A stretch of 64,000 bases of DNA from Cyanobacteria bacterium auto_48_18. GTDB lineage: Bacteria > Cyanobacteriota > Vampirovibrionia > Obscuribacterales > Obscuribacteraceae. The stretch spans positions 401,713 through 465,712 of the forward strand of contig JAVHQC010000022.1 in NCBI GenBank assembly GCA_036170915.1, read 5' to 3'. Positions 38,861 to 48,250 of the stretch are shown piece after piece; position 1 is the stretch's first letter, and every line of letters starts with the position of its first letter. The notes beneath the pieces were generated by a model. That model saw only the letters and a program-made list of their open reading frames with translations. It did no database searches and was not told the DNA's origin. Made by a program: the position numbers and the translations under genes.

Positions 38861-39307
38861 ATGATTGATTTCGAAGAATTGATTGCCGAACGGGGTTCGT
38901 CAAACTGGCAAAAGGAAAGTCCTGGTTCGCCTTCGTCCATTCAACTTCTCCAACAGGAATGTCCGTTTCCACTCCCGGCGGAATATGTCGAGTTCCTGCT
39001 ATATAGTGATGGAGCCTATGCCGAGCTACCCGTTGACCCGCTCTGGTGTGTTCTTTTTCCTGCGAACAAAGTTATGAGTACAAATATTTTGTGGGGAACT
39101 TTTGATGACCTACCTGGCTATTTGGTCATTGGAACAAATGGAGGCGGATGCGCTCTATTATTTAAAGTGTCAGAAGGCTCTTGGCCCGTTTATTGGACTG
39201 ATGAAATCTATTTTGGGCTAGAACCAGAACTCGTAGCAAACAGTTTCATTGAATTTGTTTGTATGTTAGGAAGGTCTGAGGACTCGGTAGTAAATGCTGC
39301 TGAATAG
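38861..39307 (+). CDS. SMI1/KNR4 (SUKH) family immunity-like protein
   Basis: LPAEYVEFLLYSDG, IGTNGGG, VANSFIEF. Confidence 0.85.
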   Translation: MIDFEELIAERGSSNWQKESPGSPSSIQLLQQECPFPLPAEYVEFLLYSDGAYAELPVDPLWCVLFPANKVMSTNILWGTFDDLPGYLVIGTNGGGCALLFKVSEGSWPVYWTDEIYFGLEPELVANSFIEFVCMLGRSEDSVVNAAE

Positions 39308-39347
39308 CGGTTTCAACTGTTATGTGCCTGATGCAGCTCTCTACGAT

Positions 39348-40709
39348 TTAAACAGCTGGTCCAACGCCCGCTAGTTTTTTCTCGGCCAATTTTTTCGCAG
39401 CCGGAGTTTTCAAATAACTAGCAGCGCTGTTGCGCAAAATCGTTGCCGTTGCGTGTTTAGAACCGAGCCAGAGAGCCCTTGAGGCATCGTTGTACGATTG
39501 TTGATAAAGCCCAAGCTTTAGCGCTGCCAGGCTGCGCATTTCGTAGCCGCCAGGTTTAGTAAATTGTTGTTTGATATATTTGTCGGCACAGGCAAAGGCC
39601 TCTTGCCACCGCTGTTGTTTTGCCAGCTGCACAAATTGGTCAGGCGCGCTGGTGGCAACTTTAGCACCAGAGTTATTTTTTGACTTGTCTAAAACTATGG
39701 CTGAAGCGACAACAGCCGTTGGTTTCGTCAACGTGCGTAAACTCTTACCTTTAATTGCCAGAGCTGTAGAAGGCCTTGTGCCCTCTGCGATTTCCATTTC
39801 GTTTTCGCCTTTATCGTAATGAGAGCAACCATAGCTGGTGTAAGCAGCTGTGTCGAAATTGCTGTAGTCGGCAAAAATAAAAGCTTTGCTGGCCATGCGC
39901 TCATGCATGATTTTGTCAGTTGTTTTAAAAGCTGCGTAGGGCAAATCATGGTGCGGATCTTCCACCGCCTTAATTGCTTCTTTATCGCTGATGCAATCGG
40001 CCAGATCTTTTCTATTCTTATAAATGTGCTGAGCATCAAAGCCTTGTAAGTGGCTGCGGGCAACGGTTTCTTGTGAGTGCGTGGCCAGATGTTCCAGGTG
40101 CAAACGCTTAAATAATTCAGCTTTGTGCGCAGGCGTGATCGCCTTATCTTCCCAAATATAATTGAGCTTTTCGGCTAGTGCCAGTTCGCAAGATAGGTCG
40201 GCAGAGTTCCAGAACCCGGGCAGGCAATGAAGAACGGTGCCATCGGCGGTCATGACAAAAGTTTGCAAATTATGCGGGCCGGCACCATTGGTGGTGTTAA
40301 CCGCTGTGCCGTCGATAGGGTGCACCCCTGAATCTCCGGCATAACCTTCTTGCATAATGTTTTTATAGCCGCAAACGAAACGATTGCGCAATGTTGTAAA
40401 AGTGGGTTCTTGTGAAAGCGACACGGCTCTCAAGCTATTGCCGGCACTTCACGTAAAGCCGTCGATGTTGCCGAGCATGTGAATCCATACGATCAGCTTA
40501 TGTTCTTTTTTTGCCTGTTCTTTGGCTGCATCTAGTGACGTCAGCCAGTTGATTTTTGAGCAGACAAGTTTTGATTGCGTCTGCGCTACACTGCCGGGCA
40601 AAACCGCAGGCAGCGCCGCCAGATTCTCAGCGGCAACAACCGGCGCTGTAATTTGCCAGGCGACTAAACCCAGACTGAGTGACAATGACGCTATCTTGTT
40701 GGTCAGCAT
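39348..40709 (-). CDS. Candidate selenoprotein: secreted thioredoxin-like/selenoprotein-N-like protein with C-terminal TPR; in-frame UGA at codon 87 (40449-40451)
   Basis: ORFs 40449-40709 and 39348-40433 are in frame and joined by TGA-AGT-GCC-GGC-AAT-AGC, giving INWLTSLDAAKEQAKKEHKLIVWIHMLGNIDGFT-U-SAGNSLRAVSLS; 453 aa total. Confidence 0.8.
40413..40432 (-). promoter_or_regulatory. Candidate SECIS hairpin
   Basis: TGAGAGC-cgtgtc-GCTTTCA, starting after a 16-nt spacer 3' of the UGA. Confidence 0.55.
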
Positions 40710-40748
40710 GACCTTAGTATAAGGCCAATCGCCAGATAGTCTATGTTG

Positions 40749-42542
40749 CTAGAAACCATTTTGTGGAGCCAACACGGGCGCCGGCACATTAATGTCTGGG
40801 CGCGCAGTCAATCGCAGCAGTTCAGGATTTTGAATATACGGATGCGGTGCAACCGGTTTGAAGTATTGTTGCAAGGCCTCGACTGAGATTCCGGCAGCGC
40901 GAGCGGCTTCTAGTTTTTCACCGGCAATCAAATTGGCTTTGGCAAACTGTTCGATGCCAGCGCGGTATCCCGAAAGTATGGCTTCATCTTTCTGATTGGC
41001 GTTCAACAAAAATTTGAGAGAGTGAAAACTGTTGACCTCAGGGCGAATGACGATACCGGCGCTTTCGGCCAGACCGTTCTGACCTTTCTCAAAATTTCCG
41101 CTCAAATATTTGGCAAATAAATAGAGGCCCTTGTTCACGTATGACATAGCGCCTACAGGCAAACTGGCAATAACGTTGTCTGTGTGCACACCAAAGTGGG
41201 TGCTGACCATCTGTGTGGGGCATTTGCCGAAGCGACCAAGGGCACCGTCAAACAAGCGCCGCCCGAGATATGTGACCGATTCGAGCAGAGCGGGAATGGC
41301 ACAGGTGGCACGTATGGCGTCGCCTACCTGAGCTGGCTGGTTGGAAATTAAATGGCGATTGTGGCCCCTGGTGTATTCGACAACACCGTTTTTGGTGAAC
41401 ATCACTTCGCTTTCGCGGCCAACGGCCATGGTCCAGAATTTTGCGGGCCATTCTTTGACGTGCAACTCGGTCAATTCGCCAAGTTTGCTCGACCCATAAA
41501 TGCCGTCTTGCAGTAAGTCGATTTTTTTGTTCTCGCGTAGCAGTGGCGTGAGCAATTTCTTTTTGTCGATCAGACCAGAGAAGTCTGTCATCTTGGCCAG
41601 TTCGATCATTTTGTAGGAAGGTAATTCAGCGGCAGCCATAACCGCAGGTATAGCCCCGCCACTGACACCACCAATGGTGTCAAGTTTAATTTCGGCGGCG
41701 CGGCAGGCTAAAATTACACCAGTGCTGGTCAGGCCCGCTTTTGAGCCGCCACTGCCGCAGACCAGGTGCCATCCTCGTTCTGTAGATTGTCCAGCTGTGG
41801 CTACAGCCTGTCTGTCTTTGATAATAGCGCTGGTGAGCGATGCATGGTCAGCTGAGCGCGAACGCTCACCCAGGGTGGAAAAGCCTTTGCTGAATGCCAT
41901 TCCCACGCCGTGAAAAGCTGCATTGGTGAGGCCGAATCCGGCAGCGGCCATGGCCGTGCGCTCCAGGCTGGCGGCCTCTCCTGTTTTAATCAGTGAGTTG
42001 GCTTGCTCTGTCACCACTCCACCTAAGATGCCTGAGGTGAGCGCGGCGCTGATGCCTTTTTCTGAAGCGATCAGACCAGTTTTGGTCAGCAGCTTGGGGC
42101 CGTATTCGAAAGCGGCTATGGCGCTTGCGCCAGTAACTGCATGGGCAAGTCTGTCTTTGTTGTCTTGGCCCTGTTTCAGTGGTTCTACGGCTCCTATTAA
42201 GCCACCGGCGGCCACTGGGGCAAAACTGCTCACTCCAGGAGCCCGCTTAATCAGTGCTGTGGCGGCGATGAAGACTGTGGCACTGCCCACCAATTCGCCG
42301 GCGATGTAGGCCTTTGATTGCGCTTGTTTGGCTTGTTCGGCCATTTCTTGCGGCGAGTCGGTTTTTCCGGTGATGAGCTGGCTTGTGCCTTTGAAGGGAG
42401 CCACTAGCTTGTGTGCCACGCCCGAGCCAAAGTTAGAAAGCACACCGGCTTCGGTGTCACTGTCATTGGAGTTTTGTCTATTCTCAGGTGCGGGGCGGTC
42501 GATGGGCATTTTTTGAGCGGAAATAATGGGGGACATTCCCAT
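40749..42542 (-). CDS. Patatin-like phospholipase with long Gly/Ala-rich hydrophobic N-terminal region
   Basis: GSGGSKAG oxyanion loop, GVSGG nucleophile motif, ATCAIP, FDGAL; start uncertain. Confidence 0.85.
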   Translation of the reverse strand: MGMSPIISAQKMPIDRPAPENRQNSNDSDTEAGVLSNFGSGVAHKLVAPFKGTSQLITGKTDSPQEMAEQAKQAQSKAYIAGELVGSATVFIAATALIKRAPGVSSFAPVAAGGLIGAVEPLKQGQDNKDRLAHAVTGASAIAAFEYGPKLLTKTGLIASEKGISAALTSGILGGVVTEQANSLIKTGEAASLERTAMAAAGFGLTNAAFHGVGMAFSKGFSTLGERSRSADHASLTSAIIKDRQAVATAGQSTERGWHLVCGSGGSKAGLTSTGVILACRAAEIKLDTIGGVSGGAIPAVMAAAELPSYKMIELAKMTDFSGLIDKKKLLTPLLRENKKIDLLQDGIYGSSKLGELTELHVKEWPAKFWTMAVGRESEVMFTKNGVVEYTRGHNRHLISNQPAQVGDAIRATCAIPALLESVTYLGRRLFDGALGRFGKCPTQMVSTHFGVHTDNVIASLPVGAMSYVNKGLYLFAKYLSGNFEKGQNGLAESAGIVIRPEVNSFHSLKFLLNANQKDEAILSGYRAGIEQFAKANLIAGEKLEAARAAGISVEALQQYFKPVAPHPYIQNPELLRLTARPDINVPAPVLAPQNGF

Positions 42543-42576
42543 AGTAGTTAAATATTGACAAGTCACAACACGGTTA

Positions 42577-44238
42577 TTACGGGCCCGCTGGGGCAGTGCC
42601 GCGCAGCGGCAGCGTCACCGGGGTGAGACCAGCTAGAGAAATCTTGTGTTTTTTGATGAAGAGCCTGAATGCAGCCTGATTGGGCAAAATCGCCGACACC
42701 GGATACGCGGTCACCGCCGGCAGCCGCTTGGCCAAATTTTTAATATAGTTACTAAAGAAAGGGTCGAGCTCAGCGGCCGGGAGATCAAATGCCGCTTCCA
42801 CGTAAGTGTCATATTTGCCTTTGAGCTGAAGTTGCCCGAGGTCGAGGTAGCGCTTTAACTTGCCGCGCTCTAAAAGAAATGATCCGGCTAGCGCCTGAGC
42901 GCCTTGCTGGCGGTTAGAGGGTGTGCGGCAGATGATGTCAGAAAATTTCCAGTCAATAAATTCAGGCGGAAGTTGACGAGCCATGGTGGGAGCCTCAAAG
43001 CCGCTGTACAGCACGGCATGGCCACCTTGGCGATAACCATAGACCGTCTCGAGCGCTCGAGGGATGCCTTCTTGCGCCCAGGGGTAAAAGCGCAAGCCGT
43101 AGTCTAGCAGAGCGTTGTGCGTCAATTCATGAAAGAGGGTGCTGCGATAAGAGAGCCCGCAAGTAGAAATTAAATTGAGGCGTTCACTGGTTTGACCGAG
43201 ATTGCTGGTTGATACTCGCCTTTCGGTTTTGTTGGCAATGTATTTTTGATGCTGTTTGCAGTTGTCCCAGGCGTAGACGCAAACAGGATATTGAGCGGTG
43301 AGCTTGCATACTTTTTTGTCTAGGAACCGCAAGAACAGCTCAGCGTCTTCACCATAGCTCTTAAGTGCGGCACCCCCTGTGTTAGACAAAATAATCAAAT
43401 GGCGAGTGTCTAAGCGGTGTTTGAACGACTGGTGGTCAGGCGAAAACGAATTATTTAAACAAACCGAAAGTGGCTGATTTTCGGTGCCGCTTTGATAACC
43501 GAGGTCGATTGACTCTTGTGCGGCTGCAGCGGACGATTTGTGGTCGCTGATAGCCTTGAACTCTTTTACCTGATGGGCTTGTACTATGCCGCCGGCACCT
43601 CTAGGATCAAGGGCCAGAGCGGCTTTGAGATTTTTTAATGCCTCAGCGTGATCACCTTTGGCACTGCAGATTTGGGCCAGGCCATCATAGATAACTGCTT
43701 TAGCGATGGGCAATTGCGGCGGCACTGTGTTCAATGCGCGCAGCAAATTTGACTTAGCCTGGTCATATTGTTTTTCAATCAAACCCAGCTGACCAGCCGC
43801 TAAATGTAAATCGTAGCGATCGGCTTTGAGTAAGGCTTTGCGGCAAAGTTCAAGGGCTTCTTTGGGGCGGCGCAATCTTTGCAAAATGTCGACTTTTAGG
43901 GCCATCAAGTCAATGTTTTCAGGCTCGCCGGCCAGGGCGGCATCGACCACAGGGAGCGCGTTTTCAGGCTCGTTGCAGGCCACGTATGAGCGCGCTAATA
44001 TCCAGCGGGCCTCGCGTACGTGATTGTTGTTTTTAATATAGACAGGCGCTTTGCGAATGCAGCGCGCCCACTGATTATGCTGATAGAGGTCCACAACTTC
44101 GCCGAAGCGGTCAATTTTTTCTGCTGCCGGTTTTATTGTCGGAGCGGGTGCAGGTACCTTGGTAGGCAGGTTGGTGCAACCACCTGTTGCCAGGCAAAGG
44201 GCGGCAACTAATGGCAGAAGCGATATTTGACGCAGCAA
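42577..44238 (-). CDS. Lipoprotein with TPR repeats and C-terminal gluzincin-like domain
   Basis: Signal peptide with TGGC; TPRs; FHELTH…PWAQEG. Confidence 0.75.
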   Translation of the reverse strand: MLRQISLLPLVAALCLATGGCTNLPTKVPAPAPTIKPAAEKIDRFGEVVDLYQHNQWARCIRKAPVYIKNNNHVREARWILARSYVACNEPENALPVVDAALAGEPENIDLMALKVDILQRLRRPKEALELCRKALLKADRYDLHLAAGQLGLIEKQYDQAKSNLLRALNTVPPQLPIAKAVIYDGLAQICSAKGDHAEALKNLKAALALDPRGAGGIVQAHQVKEFKAISDHKSSAAAAQESIDLGYQSGTENQPLSVCLNNSFSPDHQSFKHRLDTRHLIILSNTGGAALKSYGEDAELFLRFLDKKVCKLTAQYPVCVYAWDNCKQHQKYIANKTERRVSTSNLGQTSERLNLISTCGLSYRSTLFHELTHNALLDYGLRFYPWAQEGIPRALETVYGYRQGGHAVLYSGFEAPTMARQLPPEFIDWKFSDIICRTPSNRQQGAQALAGSFLLERGKLKRYLDLGQLQLKGKYDTYVEAAFDLPAAELDPFFSNYIKNLAKRLPAVTAYPVSAILPNQAAFRLFIKKHKISLAGLTPVTLPLRGTAPAGP

Positions 44239-44340
44239 TTCTTTGTTCTGGAGACTTATTACTCGCTTATCTTATCTTGCTTGACAGAATAAGAGTAAGA
44301 GCATTAGCTTTAAGCCGCTAGCTTAGCTTTTCAGGATTCA

Positions 44341-44937
44341 ATGACAGATACTCAGCCTTCGCCAATTTCTGCCAGCGCCGAAGATGTGGCGCGTCAAAAG
44401 TTGGTTCATATTTTGCAGCTGGCTTACTCGGGCGAAAAAGCTGCCACCATGGCCTATGCCGGTCACTGGCGGTCGCTTAAGGCGGGCACCGAGCGTGATA
44501 CCATAAAACGCATCGAGAAAGAAGAGATTGAGCATAGGCAAGCGGTGGGTCGCATGCTAAAAATGCTCAACGCCAGCCCTGCCTGGTGGCGCGAGATTTT
44601 GATGAGCGTCATTGGCTCTGTGGCGGCAATTGGTTGCTTTTTTAGTGGCTGGTTTTTGCCCATGTATTTTGCCGGCAAGCTAGAAAACGAAAACGTCAGA
44701 GAATACGATGTTGCTGCCGGTTACGCTCACACAATCAAGCTAGACGAGCTTTTGCCTGAGCTACACGAGATGTCGCGCACAGAAGCCGAACACGAGTTGT
44801 TTTTCAGTAGTTGTGTCGCTAACCACTGGATGCTTAAGCCCGCCAGGCGGCTTTTTGGCTGGGATCCGTTGCTGGTTATTGAGAGCCATAAAACTAACGC
44901 CGCCGAAGCCTTTGACGGCTCGCAGCTCGATAGTTAA
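44341..44937 (+). CDS. Ferritin-like di-iron protein (Coq7-like fold)
   Basis: AYSGE, EEIEH, LE..N…Y, EAEHE (two ExxH motifs). Confidence 0.8.
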   Translation: MTDTQPSPISASAEDVARQKLVHILQLAYSGEKAATMAYAGHWRSLKAGTERDTIKRIEKEEIEHRQAVGRMLKMLNASPAWWREILMSVIGSVAAIGCFFSGWFLPMYFAGKLENENVREYDVAAGYAHTIKLDELLPELHEMSRTEAEHELFFSSCVANHWMLKPARRLFGWDPLLVIESHKTNAAEAFDGSQLDS

Positions 44938-45018
44938 AGCCAAATTAAGAACTTGCGGGCTTGTCAAGCGATTGGCTAAGATAGTGAAACTCTGTTAGTT
45001 TGGCGGTAATTTTAGACA

Positions 45019-45396
45019 ATGGATCCTCTGGTGCTTTTCTTAGTTTTTGCCATTTGCGGCTTCTTTGTGGTGCACAAGCTCTCAGATGCCTGCGAGACGT
45101 TCGACGTCTTTTCGGGTCGCATTTTTGACACCAGACACAGCGCTGAACACATCAACTTTGAATTTAACGGCATCTTTCATGTGCTTCTTGGCTCAGTGGT
45201 TCTGGTCTTTCTCATATTTGTCGTATCAGCCTTTTCCGAATTAGGTACTCCGTCGCGTGTTTTCGTGCCTATTGATCACTCCCACTCACACTCGCACTCA
45301 CATACCGCCAGCCATCACCACAACCACAAAACTGTAGTGGCGGCTAAGCATAAAGCGGCTGCGCCTCACGTTGTGCATCCGAAAGTAAGTAAATGA
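45019..45396 (+). CDS. Small two-TM membrane protein with His-rich tail
   Basis: Two hydrophobic helices, then HSHSHSHSHTASHHHNH. Confidence 0.7.
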   Translation: MDPLVLFLVFAICGFFVVHKLSDACETFDVFSGRIFDTRHSAEHINFEFNGIFHVLLGSVVLVFLIFVVSAFSELGTPSRVFVPIDHSHSHSHSHTASHHHNHKTVVAAKHKAAAPHVVHPKVSK

Positions 45397-45411
45397 GCTT
45401 TGCTCTTGGCG

Positions 45412-45441
45412 TGATCATCAACCGTTAACGGTTGATGATCA
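45412..45441. repeat. 30-bp perfect loopless palindrome
   Basis: TGATCATCAACCGTT|AACGGTTGATGATCA. Confidence 0.9.
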
Positions 45442-45464
45442 TCGATGGGTATATGAAATAGACC

Positions 45465-47177
45465 ATGAGCGAGCTTTCTGACAATACCGTCGCGTTTCAG
45501 ACCGGCTCTGAAGCTTCAGTAATTTATGAGCCTGGCGATATCGTGGGCGAAGACTATATTTTGCTCGCTGTTCTAGCGCGCGGTGGCATGGGAGTTTTGT
45601 TTACGGCGCGCCACCGGCAAATGGATACAGATCGTATTTTCGCCCTAAAGCTTTTAGAGCCGTCACAGTTGACAGGCGTCAACTGGCGTCGCTTCGAGAT
45701 TGAGGGCAAAGCTCTGGCAAGGCTTGAGCATCCTAATGTAGTCAAAATTTTCAACATGGGTGTAGACGCTAAAGGCACGCCTTTCTATGTCATGGAGCTG
45801 CTAAAAGGGCAGTCGATGGCCGACTATCTGAAAGAGTTTGGCCCAATGTCGCTGCCACTTTTCATAAACGTTTTTTCTGATGTCTGTGCTGCACTTAAGT
45901 ACGCCCATGCCAAAGGTATCGTTCATCGCGACATTAAACCGGCCAATATTTTCCTCATCGGCAAAGGGCCAAGAATTGAGTCGGCGAAAGTCGTCGATTT
46001 TGGCATTGCCAAATTCGAAACTATTGACCAGCAGGGTTTGACGCGACCTGGTGAGGTTTTCGGTAGCCCGCAGTTTATGAGCCCTGAGCAAACCAAAGGC
46101 CTGCCTGCCAGTCGGTTTTCTGACATTTATTCGCTTGGCTGCACCATGTTCAACGCCGTGATGGGCAAGCCACCTTTTCGTGGCGCTAACTCGATTGAAA
46201 CTATGACCATGCACCAGGTAAGCAATATTCCTGAATTGCACAGGCCCGATTTTTCTGCCAGACAGCTGCAGGCGGTGGACGAAATTATTGCCACTTGCAT
46301 GCAGAAAAATGAAGATGAAAGATTTGCCGACGTAGATCAAATAATCAGTTTGCTGAAACAGATAAAAATAGACGATTTTTCGCCTGATGCCGACTCGGCG
46401 TATGTGTCTAATCGGGATGATCAAAGAGAGGCAAGCGTTGATGATGACGAACCCCAGTCAAAACTCAAACCGCTGATTGCAGTGGTCTCGGCACTTGCAT
46501 TATTGCTAATTGTCGGTGGCGGCACGCTGTTGCTGATCAGGCCATGGGAGCGCAGCGAGTCTTTACTGTCGCGACCCGCGGTAATAGATACCACCGGTAT
46601 GGAGGAGTTACGCAAACTCGCTCCCGAAGTCGATGCTGCGGATAACTTTATCAACAACAAAAAGCCACTCTCTGTCGTGTCAGGCCATACTCGAACCTTC
46701 ACTTTTCCACGGGAGTTGTCTGTTGGCTACATTTCACAAAAAGGCGTCAGTGAAATGCCTGCTAAGGGAATCATAAATTTGATTGATCAGCCGGTTATAT
46801 TCACGGCTGGTGGCACCCTGAAAATGCAGGAGGCTGTGATCCGCAGATTTGACCATGCTGCTGTTGAAAGCTTGATACTGAAGAATATGGAGAATCTTCC
46901 CGACATCAATTTGATGAAAGATTGGGTCAATTTGCGAGCTTTGACATTGGACCATTGCACGCTAACGCTCGAAGATCTGAGAAAAATAGGCACATTGCAA
47001 ATATATGAGCTGAATTTGTCTGGTGCTATCTATGAGCAGAGTGCGTTAACGGAACTGACTCGCTGCAAGCATTTGAAGAAAATTGTGCTCGATAAAGCTA
47101 TGGACGATGCGGTGAAGGAAGAGCTGAAGGCCGCCCTTCCGGGCTTGCGTATTGAAACGAGTGGTCCGTCGACTTAA
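45465..47177 (+). CDS. Ser/Thr protein kinase - TM - short LRR receptor-like kinase
   Basis: LARGGMG, HRDIKPAN, DFG, GSPQFMSPE; TM; FPRELSVG cap and about 3-4 LRRs. Confidence 0.92.
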   Translation: MSELSDNTVAFQTGSEASVIYEPGDIVGEDYILLAVLARGGMGVLFTARHRQMDTDRIFALKLLEPSQLTGVNWRRFEIEGKALARLEHPNVVKIFNMGVDAKGTPFYVMELLKGQSMADYLKEFGPMSLPLFINVFSDVCAALKYAHAKGIVHRDIKPANIFLIGKGPRIESAKVVDFGIAKFETIDQQGLTRPGEVFGSPQFMSPEQTKGLPASRFSDIYSLGCTMFNAVMGKPPFRGANSIETMTMHQVSNIPELHRPDFSARQLQAVDEIIATCMQKNEDERFADVDQIISLLKQIKIDDFSPDADSAYVSNRDDQREASVDDDEPQSKLKPLIAVVSALALLLIVGGGTLLLIRPWERSESLLSRPAVIDTTGMEELRKLAPEVDAADNFINNKKPLSVVSGHTRTFTFPRELSVGYISQKGVSEMPAKGIINLIDQPVIFTAGGTLKMQEAVIRRFDHAAVESLILKNMENLPDINLMKDWVNLRALTLDHCTLTLEDLRKIGTLQIYELNLSGAIYEQSALTELTRCKHLKKIVLDKAMDDAVKEELKAALPGLRIETSGPST

Positions 47178-47182
47178 GCTGG

Positions 47183-48250
47183 CTATTTGACAGGCTTCTC
47201 ACCAGCAATGTCTCCGATCACCTGGCTCAAACCCGCCACCACCTGCGCCATGCTCTCGTAATTGAGAGTGTCAGGTAAGTCTGTGGGCTGGTGATAAGTC
47301 TTAGTGCGAAAAGGTGCTGTGTCGGTGACCATGGTGGCGTTGTAGCCAAATTTGTTGAAGCTCCAGTCGTCAGAATAATTGACGCCGATGACAAAGTCTG
47401 GCAGGGCGAAACCTTGCGATGGAAAATCAACCAGGCGACGGAAAGTGCCAACGCATTCGCGGTTAAAGACACTGGCCGATTGATTGGAGACAAAGGCAAT
47501 GAAATTGCCGCGTTTGGGATAGAAAAGCGAGCCCCCGCGAATCGGATATGTCTGACTTCCTGGTTCGTCTGAGTAGCTGCCCATGGTCTCGAGCGCCAGC
47601 ATGCCGACAATGTTGTCTTTGCGCTCGTGGGCGGCCTTTGCCCACTGATAGCTGCCCATTTCTACTTTGCGAAAATAAGGCGGTTCTTCATTTGGAAAAG
47701 CCACAAGGCGCACTGTGCGTTCATACTGGCGGCCTTTGAGCAGTCGAGCCAGCTCCAGCAGTGCGGCAACTCCAGAGCCGTTATCATCGGCTCCTGGCGT
47801 GCCCGGAGCGCTATCGTAATGAGCGCCAACCACAAGAATTTCGTCTTTTTTCTTGGTGCCGGCAAATTCAATTTCGATGTTGCGACAGGCCTTGCCGGCT
47901 ACTTCGAAAACCTGCGATTTGGTGGTGAAGCCTTCTTTCTCGAGGCATTGCTCAATATATTTAGCTGCAGCTTCGAGCTTGTCGTAATGGGCGAGATTGC
48001 GCTCACCAATTGTTCCGGCGAGCATCTCCACGTGTTGCTTAAGGCTGACAGCAAGGGCTTTTTCTTTGTCGGTGAGCGAGCCTAGTTCGCCATAAGAATC
48101 ACCGGGCATCCAGAGAATAGAGGCTGCATAACCGCAAATTGCCGCAATCAGCATAGAAATTATGCTGTTAAATCGCGCGCGCTTGCTGCTTTTCAGCTCA
48201 AGCGCTTTTTCTTCATCGCCGTCAGGTTTATTGTCCAAGCACGTAAGCAA
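47183..48250 (-). CDS. M28 family metallopeptidase (true start probably slightly downstream)
   Basis: GAHYDS, GADDNGSG, NEEPP, YH motifs; N-terminal TM. Confidence 0.88.
   Translation of the reverse strand: MLTCLDNKPDGDEEKALELKSSKRARFNSIISMLIAAICGYAASILWMPGDSYGELGSLTDKEKALAVSLKQHVEMLAGTIGERNLAHYDKLEAAAKYIEQCLEKEGFTTKSQVFEVAGKACRNIEIEFAGTKKKDEILVVGAHYDSAPGTPGADDNGSGVAALLELARLLKGRQYERTVRLVAFPNEEPPYFRKVEMGSYQWAKAAHERKDNIVGMLALETMGSYSDEPGSQTYPIRGGSLFYPKRGNFIAFVSNQSASVFNRECVGTFRRLVDFPSQGFALPDFVIGVNYSDDWSFNKFGYNATMVTDTAPFRTKTYHQPTDLPDTLNYESMAQVVAGLSQVIGDIAGEKPVK

Noticed and set aside
45801..46424. 207-aa minus-strand ORF and the many other short ORFs nested in larger genes
   Set aside because: They overlap well-supported CDSs on the opposite strand or in another frame and show no motifs.
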